Assembly: GCA_047528255.1 (NCBI GenBank)
Contig: CP180024.1
Span: 1,046,324 to 1,110,323, forward strand
Origin: Flavobacteriales bacterium Tduv
GTDB lineage: Bacteria > Bacteroidota > Bacteroidia > Flavobacteriales > Blattabacteriaceae
DNA: 64,000 nucleotides
Direction: 5' to 3'
This document shows, piece after piece, positions 9,886 through 18,780 of the stretch. A program made the position numbers and the translations under genes. The notes under the pieces were generated by a model that made no database searches, was not told the origin of the DNA, and was given only the letters and a program-made list of their open reading frames with translations. Position 1 is the first letter of the stretch; every line of letters begins with the position of its first letter.

Positions 9886-11937
9886 TCACTTTAATGTATG
9901 ATAGACGGTAAATGAGGTAAGGTAGGCGAAAATTGTCATGAAAGCGAATTGAACGATCGGCCATTTCCAAGAATTTGTCTCTTTTTTCACTATGGACAAT
10001 GTGCTCATACACTGCATGGAAAAGGTATAAAAAATTAGCAACGAAATCCCCGTAGCCAAATCATACATTTTTTGTCCAGTTTCCGGTCTGACTTCTCGTT
10101 GCATTTTTTGTTGCAAGCTCAACGTGTCTTCCGCATCGTCCAGGCTGTAGACAGACGCCATCGTACTGACAAACATCTCGCGCGCTGCGAGCGATGATAG
10201 CAAAGCGATACCTATTTTCCAATCATAACCCAAAGGACGTATTTCCGGTTCAATATTTTTTCCGATCATCCCCAAATAAGATCGTTCTAATGGAAAGTTT
10301 TTTGATTTTTCTTGATCAAAAATGTTTTTCCCGTTTTTGTAGATAAAGCTGTTTGAAGGGCCAAAAGATCCCAACACCCAAATTATAACGCTGACAGCCA
10401 GTATGATTTTTCCAACTCCCAATACGAAAACCTTGAGCTGTATCCAAAAAAAAATACCTACATTTCGCAAGAGCGGCCATTTGTATGAAGGCATCTCCAT
10501 GATTAAGTAGTTTTTATACTGAAGTTTTAATATTTTATGAAAAACCATTGCCGCTCCCAGGGCAGCGATCATTCCAAGGAGATACATACCCATCAGCACC
10601 AGCCCTTTGAGTTGAAATATTCCCCATTTCTTGTCAGGAATCACTAAAGCGATGATTAAGGTGTATACCGGAAGGCGAGCTGAACAAGTTATCAAAGGAG
10701 TCACTAATATGGTAATCAAACGATCTCTCGAATTTTCTATATTTCTAGCTGACATTATCGCCGGTATGGAACAAGCTATTCCTGAGATCAGAGGAACGAT
10801 ACTTTTGCCGTTCAGACCAAAGGGGCGCATAAAGCGATCCATTAAAAACACCACCCTACTGATGTATCCGCTCTCTTCCATCAATAATAGAAAAAGAAGC
10901 AAAACGACGATTTGCGGTACAAAGGCTAATATGGTTCCAATACCAGGAATGATGCCTTGAGACAATAAACCGTTCAAAGGTCCTGAAGGCAATCTCTCGT
11001 ACGTCCACCTCTGTAAACCGCAAAAAGTATCTTCAATAAGCCCTTTCGGTCCTTCGGCCCAAGAATATACGCCCTGAAACACCAGAAACAACAACAAAAA
11101 AAAGATACAATAACCCCAAAAAGGGTGGATTGCATAGCGATCGATTTTTTCGGAAAATCCTGAGTAGCATTTAGTACGCTCGATAATAGCTCGGCTAAGT
11201 ATAGCCTCTATTTTGTTGTAACGATCCAAGGTTTCCTTGACCTGCAAACGTTTCGGAACGATCTTGTATTGATGTATGATTTCTTCTAAATAATCTTCAT
11301 TTCCAAAAGGAAGACCTCTCTCACAAGCCAAGCATCGCCACGCCAAATAAGCATTATCCAGTTTGTAATGAGTTTGGATAGCTTCTACAGGAGTTTTGTA
11401 TTGAAATCCGGGATCAAAATTCAATAATTTGATGGTATGGAGTGTCTCGATACGTTCTTTGACTTGTTCGATACCAATCCCCCTACGAGCGTCGATTGGA
11501 ACGACCTTGGTCGATATTTCCTGTTCCAAAGATTCTAAATCGATGGCGACTCCGCACTTCTGGGCTTGATCCATCATATTGAGGACGAGCAACACGGGTA
11601 ATCTTAAATCTTGCACTTGTTGGAATAGCAACAAACTTCGTCGCAGATTGGATGAGTCAGCCACAACAATCACCTTGTCAAGGCGTTCTGTATGTTTAGG
11701 GTTGTTCAAGACGCTAAAAACAACCTCTTCATCTTTAGATGAAGGATAAAGGCTATAAGTTCCTGGGAGATCTATGATCTCAAATTGTGTTCCCCTGTGT
11801 TTAAATAATCCTGATTTTTTATCGACAGTGACACCAGGGTAGTTTCCTATTTTTTGATGTAAGCCCGTGATTTTATTAAACAAAGTGGTTTTTCCGACGT
11901 TGGGATTACCGACGAGGGCCAGTTTTACGACTTTCAT
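9886..11937 (-). CDS. feoB: ferrous iron transporter B
   Basis: 683-aa ORF with an N-terminal G domain (GNPNVGKTTLFN, DLPGTYSL) followed by a polytopic membrane domain. Confidence 0.95.
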   Translation of the reverse strand: MKVVKLALVGNPNVGKTTLFNKITGLHQKIGNYPGVTVDKKSGLFKHRGTQFEIIDLPGTYSLYPSSKDEEVVFSVLNNPKHTERLDKVIVVADSSNLRRSLLLFQQVQDLRLPVLLVLNMMDQAQKCGVAIDLESLEQEISTKVVPIDARRGIGIEQVKERIETLHTIKLLNFDPGFQYKTPVEAIQTHYKLDNAYLAWRCLACERGLPFGNEDYLEEIIHQYKIVPKRLQVKETLDRYNKIEAILSRAIIERTKCYSGFSEKIDRYAIHPFWGYCIFFLLLFLVFQGVYSWAEGPKGLIEDTFCGLQRWTYERLPSGPLNGLLSQGIIPGIGTILAFVPQIVVLLLFLLLMEESGYISRVVFLMDRFMRPFGLNGKSIVPLISGIACSIPAIMSARNIENSRDRLITILVTPLITCSARLPVYTLIIALVIPDKKWGIFQLKGLVLMGMYLLGMIAALGAAMVFHKILKLQYKNYLIMEMPSYKWPLLRNVGIFFWIQLKVFVLGVGKIILAVSVIIWVLGSFGPSNSFIYKNGKNIFDQEKSKNFPLERSYLGMIGKNIEPEIRPLGYDWKIGIALLSSLAAREMFVSTMASVYSLDDAEDTLSLQQKMQREVRPETGQKMYDLATGISLLIFYTFSMQCMSTLSIVKKETNSWKWPIVQFAFMTIFAYLTSFTVYHTLK

Positions 11938-12185
11938 CAGGGGAGGCGTTTTACGAAAACATTTTCAGCTTCATCCTTACGCAGGGCCAAGCAACATCGA
12001 CCCTTACCGTAACTGATACAGAGCGGATCACAAAAGGGAGCGGCAAATACTAATTCGAGCTCAACTCCTGGTAAAATCCCCATCTCAAAGAGCTTTACGG
12101 GCATATCTTCAGTAGCAAAACCCTTGATTACTGCCCTTTCTCCCCTTTTGAGTTTTGAAAGCACTTCCCAGTAATCTTTTTCCAT
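11937..12185 (-). CDS. feoA: ferrous iron transport protein A
   Basis: 82-aa FeoA/SH3-like ORF immediately upstream of feoB. Its stop overlaps the feoB start. Confidence 0.85.
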   Translation of the reverse strand: MEKDYWEVLSKLKRGERAVIKGFATEDMPVKLFEMGILPGVELELVFAAPFCDPLCISYGKGRCCLALRKDEAENVFVKRLP

Positions 12186-12202
12186 CTGGCATATATTTCA
12201 CA

Positions 12203-12220
12203 CAAAGATACTGATTATTT
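12203..12220 (-). promoter_or_regulatory. candidate feoA promoter -7 box (TATCTTTG) overlapped by a Fur-box-like AT-rich element
   Basis: The minus strand reads AAATAATCAGTATCTTTG 18-35 nt upstream of the feoA ATG. TATCTTTG fits the Bacteroidota TAnnTTTG -7 consensus. AAATAATCAGTATC matches 11 of 14 positions of the TGATAATCATTATC core of the Fur box. Confidence 0.25.
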
Positions 12221-12344
12221 AAAATTGATCTAAGTTGAAATGGTAAGGTTTTTATTAAAAACTTTTTTTGACTCAGAGATTTCTGATCGTCAGAATAAGA
12301 TTAAATATTTTGGTTGTTAAAGGGCTATCTTTTTTATAAGATTA

Positions 12345-12512
12345 GATATTATTGTGTTAAGGTGGATTAAATTTATTCAGCCATCCTAAATGGCTTCGTT
12401 GGAAAAGATGTGAATTTAGTCTTTCATATCGTATTCAAAAATTATTAATTATAAACTAATTAATCATATTTATTTTTATAAAAAGATCATAATGCTCCTA
12501 AGGGAACGATAC
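12345..12512 (-). mobile_element. IS5-family IS, copy E, 3'-terminal fragment (~170 bp)
   Basis: GATATTATTGTGTTAAGGTGGATTAAATTTATTCAGCC.. matches the IRR end and non-coding tail of the element. It stops at ..GGGAACGATAC, where copy F begins. Confidence 0.75.
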
Positions 12513-13382
12513 GAGAACGTTGCATGGGAAAAGGAGGTTAAAATGTTTGTAAATCAATATATTGTTTCGTATATTATAGAATATAAAATAAAAAAATTCG
12601 GCTCTATTCTCAGAAACACCGCACAAATAAGCTTTAGTGAATTATATATGGAACGTTCTAGTAGAAGGAGTGAGTTTTTCAAAAGCTTAAAAACCTTGAT
12701 CCACTTGGAAGGATGGAAAAAGAAATAAGAAAAATATATCAAAAAGGTCAAGGAATAAAAGGCCAACCTGATTACAGTGGAATATAGTTATTTACGATGA
12801 TGTTTTTGAGTCACTGGTATGATCTCAGTGATGTAGGAACGGAATAATTGGATAAAAAATGCTTGAGCTTCATGCGCTTTTGTAGTTTTTGATTGGAAAA
12901 TCAAATCCCATATCATACCACTCTATGCAGAGAGTCGCAATGAAATAGTAGCCAAAAAGGTATATGAGCACTTACTAAAAAAATCAATAAAGAATTAGAA
13001 AAGAATTAGGAGATAGTTAAAACAGGAGTGATAGTAGATGCTAGTATTACAGTGAGTTCCTTTGCTCCAAAGGGGATCCTACCTACGTAGTGGAGGATCG
13101 GAAGGAAGATGGTAAAAAGCAAATCAGTCAAAGAAAAGAAAGGGTAAAAAAGATACTCAATCAGGGGTACACACTCAAGAAAATGGCTCAAGAAATCAGG
13201 TAAACTCTACTACGGATAGAAGAATCACATAGGGGGGTAAAATGGAATGATACTAGCAGTACATAGCAATAGCAACCAATGAGCATGATAGTAGAGGGCT
13301 AAAACCATTAATTAGCAAACTAGTATATAAACCTAGAGAATTATAGGAAGACAAAGAGGGACCAAACACCTGCTAAGGTGTC
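12513..13382 (+). mobile_element. IS5-family IS, copy F, 5' segment; split by copy G
   Basis: Starts GAGAACGTTGCATGGGAAAAGGAGG. ORF 12492..12728 carries ..SFSELYMERSSRRSEFFKSLKTLIHLEG... The frame is broken repeatedly and is interrupted at 13382/13383. Confidence 0.85.
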
Positions 13383-14656
13383 GAGAGCATTTTGTTAATG
13401 GTGGATTACGTTTATTCAGCCTCCTAGATGGCTTCGTTAAAGAAAATGTAGATTTACATTTTTCACATTATATTCGAAAACTGTTGATTATAAATTAATT
13501 AATTATATCTATTTTTATAGACAGCGCATAATAATACCAGAGGTACGATACAAATTATGCTCCATAGCATCCATAAGATGTTGGGCATGCACACGAGCTA
13601 ATCCTTTGTAACAAGCCTTTCCTGATATAAATCAATGCTTTATACTACCAAAAGTACGTTTTACTACCCATCGGGTTTTACTCACTAATTATATTGAATA
13701 ATATACCTATCCCACTTAAGGCCCGATTCCTATAGGCTTTCTTCTGTATACGGTCTTTGATGCATCGACTATGAAAGTAAGAAACGTTAGCTGGAACTTG
13801 CTAACATTTATCTGCATATATTTCTCTGGGATTATATTCTAGTTTGCTTATTAATGGCTTTAGCCCTCTACTATCACGCTGATTCGCTGCTAGGCTATGT
13901 ACAGCTAGTATCATTACATTTTTATCCCTCTCTATCTGCTTTTTGTATCCGTAGTAGAGTTCACCTGATTTTTTGAGCCATTTTCTTTGGGTGTCTACAC
14001 CTTATTGAGTCTCTTTTTTACCCTTTCTTTTCTTTGACTGATTTGGGTTTTTCCCTCTTCCTTCCGATCCTCCACTACGTGGGTAGGAGTGCCATTGGGA
14101 GAAATGGTTCTCACTGTAATACTGGCATCTACTATTACTCCTGTTTTAATTATAGCCTGATTCTTTTCTAATTTCTTATTGATCTTTTTCAGTAAGCGCT
14201 CATGTGCCTTTTTGGCTACTATTTCATTGCGACTCTCTGCATAGAGTCTTATGATTTGGGATCTAATCTTCCAATAGAAAAACACAAAAGCGCATGCAGT
14301 TCAAGGATTCTTTCACCAATTATTCTGTTCCTACATTACTGATATCATAGCAGAAACTTAAAAGCATAATTTTAAATAACGATATTTCACTATAAGCAGG
14401 TTAGCCTTTTATTCCCTGTACTTTTTGATATATTTTTCTTATTTCTTTTTCTATCCCTTCCCAGTGGATCACTGGTGTTTAACCTTTTGAAAAACTCACT
14501 CCTTCTGCTAGAACATTCCATATATAGTTAACTAAAGCTTATTTAGTTCGGTTCTTCTTAGCATAGAGCCAAATTTTTTTATTTTATATTCCAAATATAA
14601 GAAACAATATTTTGATTTACAAATATTTTAAAATCCTTCTTCCATGCAACGTTCTC
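13383..14656 (-). mobile_element. IS5-family IS, copy G, full length (~1274 bp), degraded
   Basis: Termini are GAGAGCATTTTGTTAATGGTGG at 13383 and ..CCATGCAACGTTCTC at 14656. The 96-aa fragment 13995..14285 carries NEIVAKKAHERLLKKINKKLEKNQAIIKTGVIVDASITV. Confidence 0.9.
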
Positions 14657-15059
14657 GTATCTTACTTTCATAGTCGAAGTATCAAAGACCATATAAAGAA
14701 GAAAAACTATAGGAACAGTTTCTTAAGGAAGGATAGCTATATTATTCAACAAATCAGTGAGTAAAACCAGATGAGTAGTATAACGTACTTTTGGAAGTAT
14801 AAAGCGTTGGTTTAGATAGGAAAAGGCTTGTTACAAAGAGATTAGTTCGTGTGCATGCCCAACCCTTATGGAGGCTATGGGGCATAATTTATATCGTACC
14901 CTGGCATTATTATATTCTGTTCATAAAAATAGATATATTTAATTAATTTATAATTAATAGTTTTCGAATACAATGTGAAATACTAAATCTACATCGTCTC
15001 TAACGAAGCTCATCTAGGATGGCTGAATAAACGTAATTCACCATTAACATAATTGTTTC
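14657..15059 (+). mobile_element. IS5-family IS, copy F, 3' segment
   Basis: Continues copy F (..CTTACTTTCATAGTCGAAGTATCAAAGACC..) and ends ..CACCATTAACATAATTGTTTC at about 15059. Confidence 0.8.
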
Positions 15060-15199
15060 ATAATGAGCCCCTAACCTGTATAAACAGGCGAGCCTCAATT
15101 TGGATGTGATTTCAGCTTCATGAAACGCATTCATTTTCTATAATAGAATGTGTTTTTATGTTTAATAAAAAACTAAAATTAAAGATTATTTATTTAAGC

Positions 15200-16912
15200 T
15201 CACAATTTCGGATCGCTCTCTCTCAAATCTTTGATTATAAGTTGATTATAATTTTTTCCCGCCCAATAATTTTCCTCTATGCTGTAGACAATGTCAAAAG
15301 TATTGTTTTTCACAAAATCAAGCAATCTTCCTATTCTGAAACCGATAGCGGTAAAAGTTTTAAAACTTTCTTGTTGTTGGAGATTAAGTCTGAGATGAGA
15401 TCGGTCGTTTCCAATTGTTGTTGCAAATCCATTATCAAAGACTTTTCTCGAGAGAAAGATTGGACGAACGTTTTTCGGTCCGAAGGGCTCGAATTGCTTC
15501 AAGATACGTAAGAATTTTGGAGTTATCTCATCTAATGAGATCTCATAATCAATATTAATATGAGGCAAACGTTGTGTTTTGTCTATATTATCCCTGACTA
15601 TCATTTCAAAATGATCTTTGAGCGGGGTGAAATTTTTCGGATCTAATGTCAACCCTGCCGCGTATTTGTGTCCACCGAATTGTTCAAGATATGCTGAGCA
15701 AGCTTCGAGTGCTTTGTGTATGTCGAACCCTTCTACGGAACGGGCCGAGGCGACTAGCTTCCCTTGACTTTCCGTGAAGACCAGCGTGGGGCGATAGTGG
15801 GTTTCTATCAAGCGTGAAGCTATGATTCCTAATATGCCTTTGTTCCAGTGGGGTTGGTAGACCACAGTGCTGTAATGTTCTTGCTCTTGTTGATCTTCTA
15901 TCAAGGACAAAGCTTCTTGGGTGGTTTGTCGGTCGAGTTCTTTTCGTAAATCATTTAATCGGGAGATTTGATAAGCCAATCGATCACTCTTTTTTTTCGT
16001 ATCGGACAGAAAGAGTTCTACCACCTGCTTGGCATGTTTAATGCGTCCCGCGGCATTGATCTTCGGAGCGATTTTAAATACAATATCAGATACTGATATG
16101 GGATTGCTTGCTGTCTCGATAAGAGAGTTGATCCCTCTTGAAGGGGCTTGATTCAGTTTTTGAAGACCGTAGAAAATAAAAACACGATTTTCGTCAGTCA
16201 TAGGAACGATATCTGCGGCAATGCTTATCGCTACGAGGTCCAAATAATTATAAACGTCTTTTTTAGGAAGGTTTAATGTTTTGGCCAATGCCTGAATCAG
16301 CTTGAAACCGATTCCGCAGCCGCTGAGTTCCTTGAAAGGATAATAGCAATCATTCCGTTTCGGATCGAGCACGGCAGTGGCTTGTGGGATTTTTTCTCCG
16401 GGAAGGTGATGGTCACATATGATGAATTCTATACCTTTTTTTTTTGCGTACTCTACTTTTGCAAGAGATTTGATGCCGCAGTCCAGAGCTATGATCAATG
16501 AAAAATCATTGGAAACTGCGAAATCTATGCCTTTGAATGAGATGCCATAGCCTTCTTCATGACGGTCGGGGATATAGTATTTGATATTATCGTGAATCTT
16601 TTTCAGAAACAGGTAACTCATTGCCACTGCGGTTGTTCCGTCGACATCATAGTCGCCGTAAATCAAAATGCCTTCTTTTTGTTGTATGGCCCTCAGGATT
16701 CGTTGCACGGCTTGTGACATATCTTTCATCAATAAGGGGTCATGGAGCTGATCCAATTCGGGGCGGAAGAAGGTTTTCGCACTGTCATAGCATTCGATTC
16801 CCCGTTGTGCTAAAAGATGGGCAATAGTATGATCCACCCCGATGTCGGACTGTAATTTTCGGATGATATATTTTTCAGGAGGCGTTTGGAGCACCCATCG
16901 GGTCTTTTTCAT
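15200..16912 (-). CDS. recJ: single-stranded-DNA-specific exonuclease RecJ
   Basis: 570-aa ORF with DHH-family motifs (GDYDVDGT, ICDHHLP) and a DHHA1 GGHKYAAG block. Confidence 0.95.
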   Translation of the reverse strand: MKKTRWVLQTPPEKYIIRKLQSDIGVDHTIAHLLAQRGIECYDSAKTFFRPELDQLHDPLLMKDMSQAVQRILRAIQQKEGILIYGDYDVDGTTAVAMSYLFLKKIHDNIKYYIPDRHEEGYGISFKGIDFAVSNDFSLIIALDCGIKSLAKVEYAKKKGIEFIICDHHLPGEKIPQATAVLDPKRNDCYYPFKELSGCGIGFKLIQALAKTLNLPKKDVYNYLDLVAISIAADIVPMTDENRVFIFYGLQKLNQAPSRGINSLIETASNPISVSDIVFKIAPKINAAGRIKHAKQVVELFLSDTKKKSDRLAYQISRLNDLRKELDRQTTQEALSLIEDQQEQEHYSTVVYQPHWNKGILGIIASRLIETHYRPTLVFTESQGKLVASARSVEGFDIHKALEACSAYLEQFGGHKYAAGLTLDPKNFTPLKDHFEMIVRDNIDKTQRLPHINIDYEISLDEITPKFLRILKQFEPFGPKNVRPIFLSRKVFDNGFATTIGNDRSHLRLNLQQQESFKTFTAIGFRIGRLLDFVKNNTFDIVYSIEENYWAGKNYNQLIIKDLRESDPKL

Positions 16913-17592
16913 GAGATAGATATTTTTTTTGCAGGAGCGTCCAGGACGAGGACAAATTCTCCTCGTGGAGGTTGGCCTTCAAAATGGGTTATCGATTCTT
17001 GGAGGCTACCTCGAAGTATTTCTTCAAATTTTTTCGAAAGTTCTCGGCAGACGACCAAGTATTTTTCAAGACCGAGTTGTTCTTTTAAATCGTATAAAGT
17101 TCTTAAAAGCTTGTGGGACGATTCGTATAAAACTGTTGTTCTATATTCTTTAGATAAATCTTTTATCTTTTTTTTTCTTCCTTTTTTTTTTGGAAGAAAT
17201 CCGATGAACGTAAATTCGTGCGTCGGGAGGCCAGATTGTATCAAGGCAGGTACGAAAGCGGTGGCTCCAGGCAAGCATTCCAAAGGGATATCGGCTTGTA
17301 TGCAGGAGCGGATAAGCAGGAAACCCGGATCGGAGATGCCTGGTGTTCCTGCGTCGGAGATCAGACACAAGGTTTTTCCCTGTTTGAGTTTATCCAAAAT
17401 GGCGGGGAGAATCCTGTGTTCGTTGTGCATGTGATAGGACTTGATCGACGTCTTGATTTCGAAATGATTCAACAATTTTTTCGAGTTGCGTGTGTCCTCG
17501 GACAGAATCAAGTCCGAATCTTTTAGCAAGCGGAGCGCTCTCAAAGTGATGTCTTCGAGATTTCCTATGGGTGTAGGGATGATGTATAACAT
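16909..17592 (-). CDS. rsmI: 16S rRNA (cytidine1402-2'-O)-methyltransferase
   Basis: 227-aa ORF with MLYIIPTPIGNLEDITLRAL and SDAGTPGISDPG blocks. Its stop overlaps the recJ start. Confidence 0.9.
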   Translation of the reverse strand: MLYIIPTPIGNLEDITLRALRLLKDSDLILSEDTRNSKKLLNHFEIKTSIKSYHMHNEHRILPAILDKLKQGKTLCLISDAGTPGISDPGFLLIRSCIQADIPLECLPGATAFVPALIQSGLPTHEFTFIGFLPKKKGRKKKIKDLSKEYRTTVLYESSHKLLRTLYDLKEQLGLEKYLVVCRELSKKFEEILRGSLQESITHFEGQPPRGEFVLVLDAPAKKISIS

Positions 17593-17637
17593 ACGTTTAT
17601 TCGTTGAAACGTTGTTCTACCAAAACGGTCAGTCTTT

Positions 17638-18700
17638 TTAAATAAGATTCTTTTTCGGGTCAGAACTGCTTGGACGTCCATTTTTTACGTATTCCTCGAC
17701 GGTCTCGAGGAGATCGGATTGATTCAAATCGGTCATCATTTGATCAAAAGCGATTGAATCTCCTGCAAACAGTTCTTTTACAAAAGCGATTTTATCATTG
17801 AGATCGATCCGTATCGGGAGAAAGGCGGATTTTTCGCGTCGATTTTGTGAAAGGTGTATTCAATATAGTAGTCTGTGGGATCGAAAATATTTAAAAATTG
17901 ATTGTTAGTTTTTTAGGGGGCTGTGTAGGGAGGAGCGTTGGGGGATTTTCGAAGTGTTTTAATAAGGTCAAACGTTCTTTGATTTGATCCAGTTTACTTT
18001 CTAGAGCTATCAATCCGGAAAAAGTATCGACTCTTGTATAGAGTTAAAGCCAAGCTTTTCACTTCGTCTTTCAGTTTGTTTTTCGCTTTGATCAGGGTAT
18101 CATTCATAGTGGGAATTATGTTACCTTTGTCGAGGTTATAAATAGGGCTTGAAGATATGAAATGTTTTCTAAACATATGATGAATCCATGCAAAAGCGAG
18201 GTTGGTTCAAATTGATTTGCGTATCGATGTTTTTCCTTAAAGCCGAAAAACTCATTTATCGTTTGAAGCGGGATCAATTTTCCCGATTGCTGTAAAAATT
18301 TTCAAGCCATTGGTAGACAATCTTTATGATATCGACTAAGTGGTGTCTCATGATCAGAACAAAATCTACTTAATACCAGTGAAATCTTCCGATGAGATTT
18401 TATCCTTGGTTTCGGAAATGGATATTTTTTTGAATCGGTGAGGCTCAATTTTTTAATGAAGGCTTTGTCGATGTGTATATTTAGTGACCAATACAGGCGT
18501 CCGTATGATCGTTTCAGACTTGGATATGGATTTTCTCACTCGGTATTTTGGAGCGATTCTCTAACTGATGGCGATTGTAAAATACGTAACCAAGATGCAT
18601 TCATATGTGTGTTTACGGGCAAAGTCTGCTTCATTTACGAGCATCGCAAGGTTACCCAATATGATGTGGTGATGGTGGGGTAGAGGAAATCTACAAACTT
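17638..18700 (-). pseudogene. eroded remnant of at least one hypothetical gene (function unknown)
   Basis: No ORF longer than 81 aa on either strand across about 1.1 kb. Minus-strand translation of 17638-17820 gives LPIRIDLNDKIAFVKELFAGDSIAFDQMMTDLNQSDLLETVEEYVKNGRPSSSDPKKNLI*, and the frame is lost upstream. From memory this resembles the C-terminal (I/L)NDRxxFxxELFxGD module of a Bacteroidota hypothetical protein. Confidence 0.3.
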
Positions 18701-18780
18701 TTGGGCTGTATCACTTTTTGTGAAGTGATGAAAAAAGCGTGTGATCTCTTAAAACCTCGGAAAGAAAAGATTGAAAAACC

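Noticed and set aside
13006-13191. A recurring ~60-70-aa antisense ORF inside IS copies (13006..13191, 27601..27786, 46322..46537; ..SLTDLLF..LFLPILHY(V/I)GR..) considered as a possible hidden IS-encoded gene.
   Set aside because: It lies opposite the Lys/Glu/Arg-rich purine-rich stretch of the transposase (..VEDRKEEGKKQISQRKARVKK..). The complement there is T/C-rich and almost cannot form stop codons. In copy C the open frame is a different one. This is a compositional artefact rather than a conserved gene.
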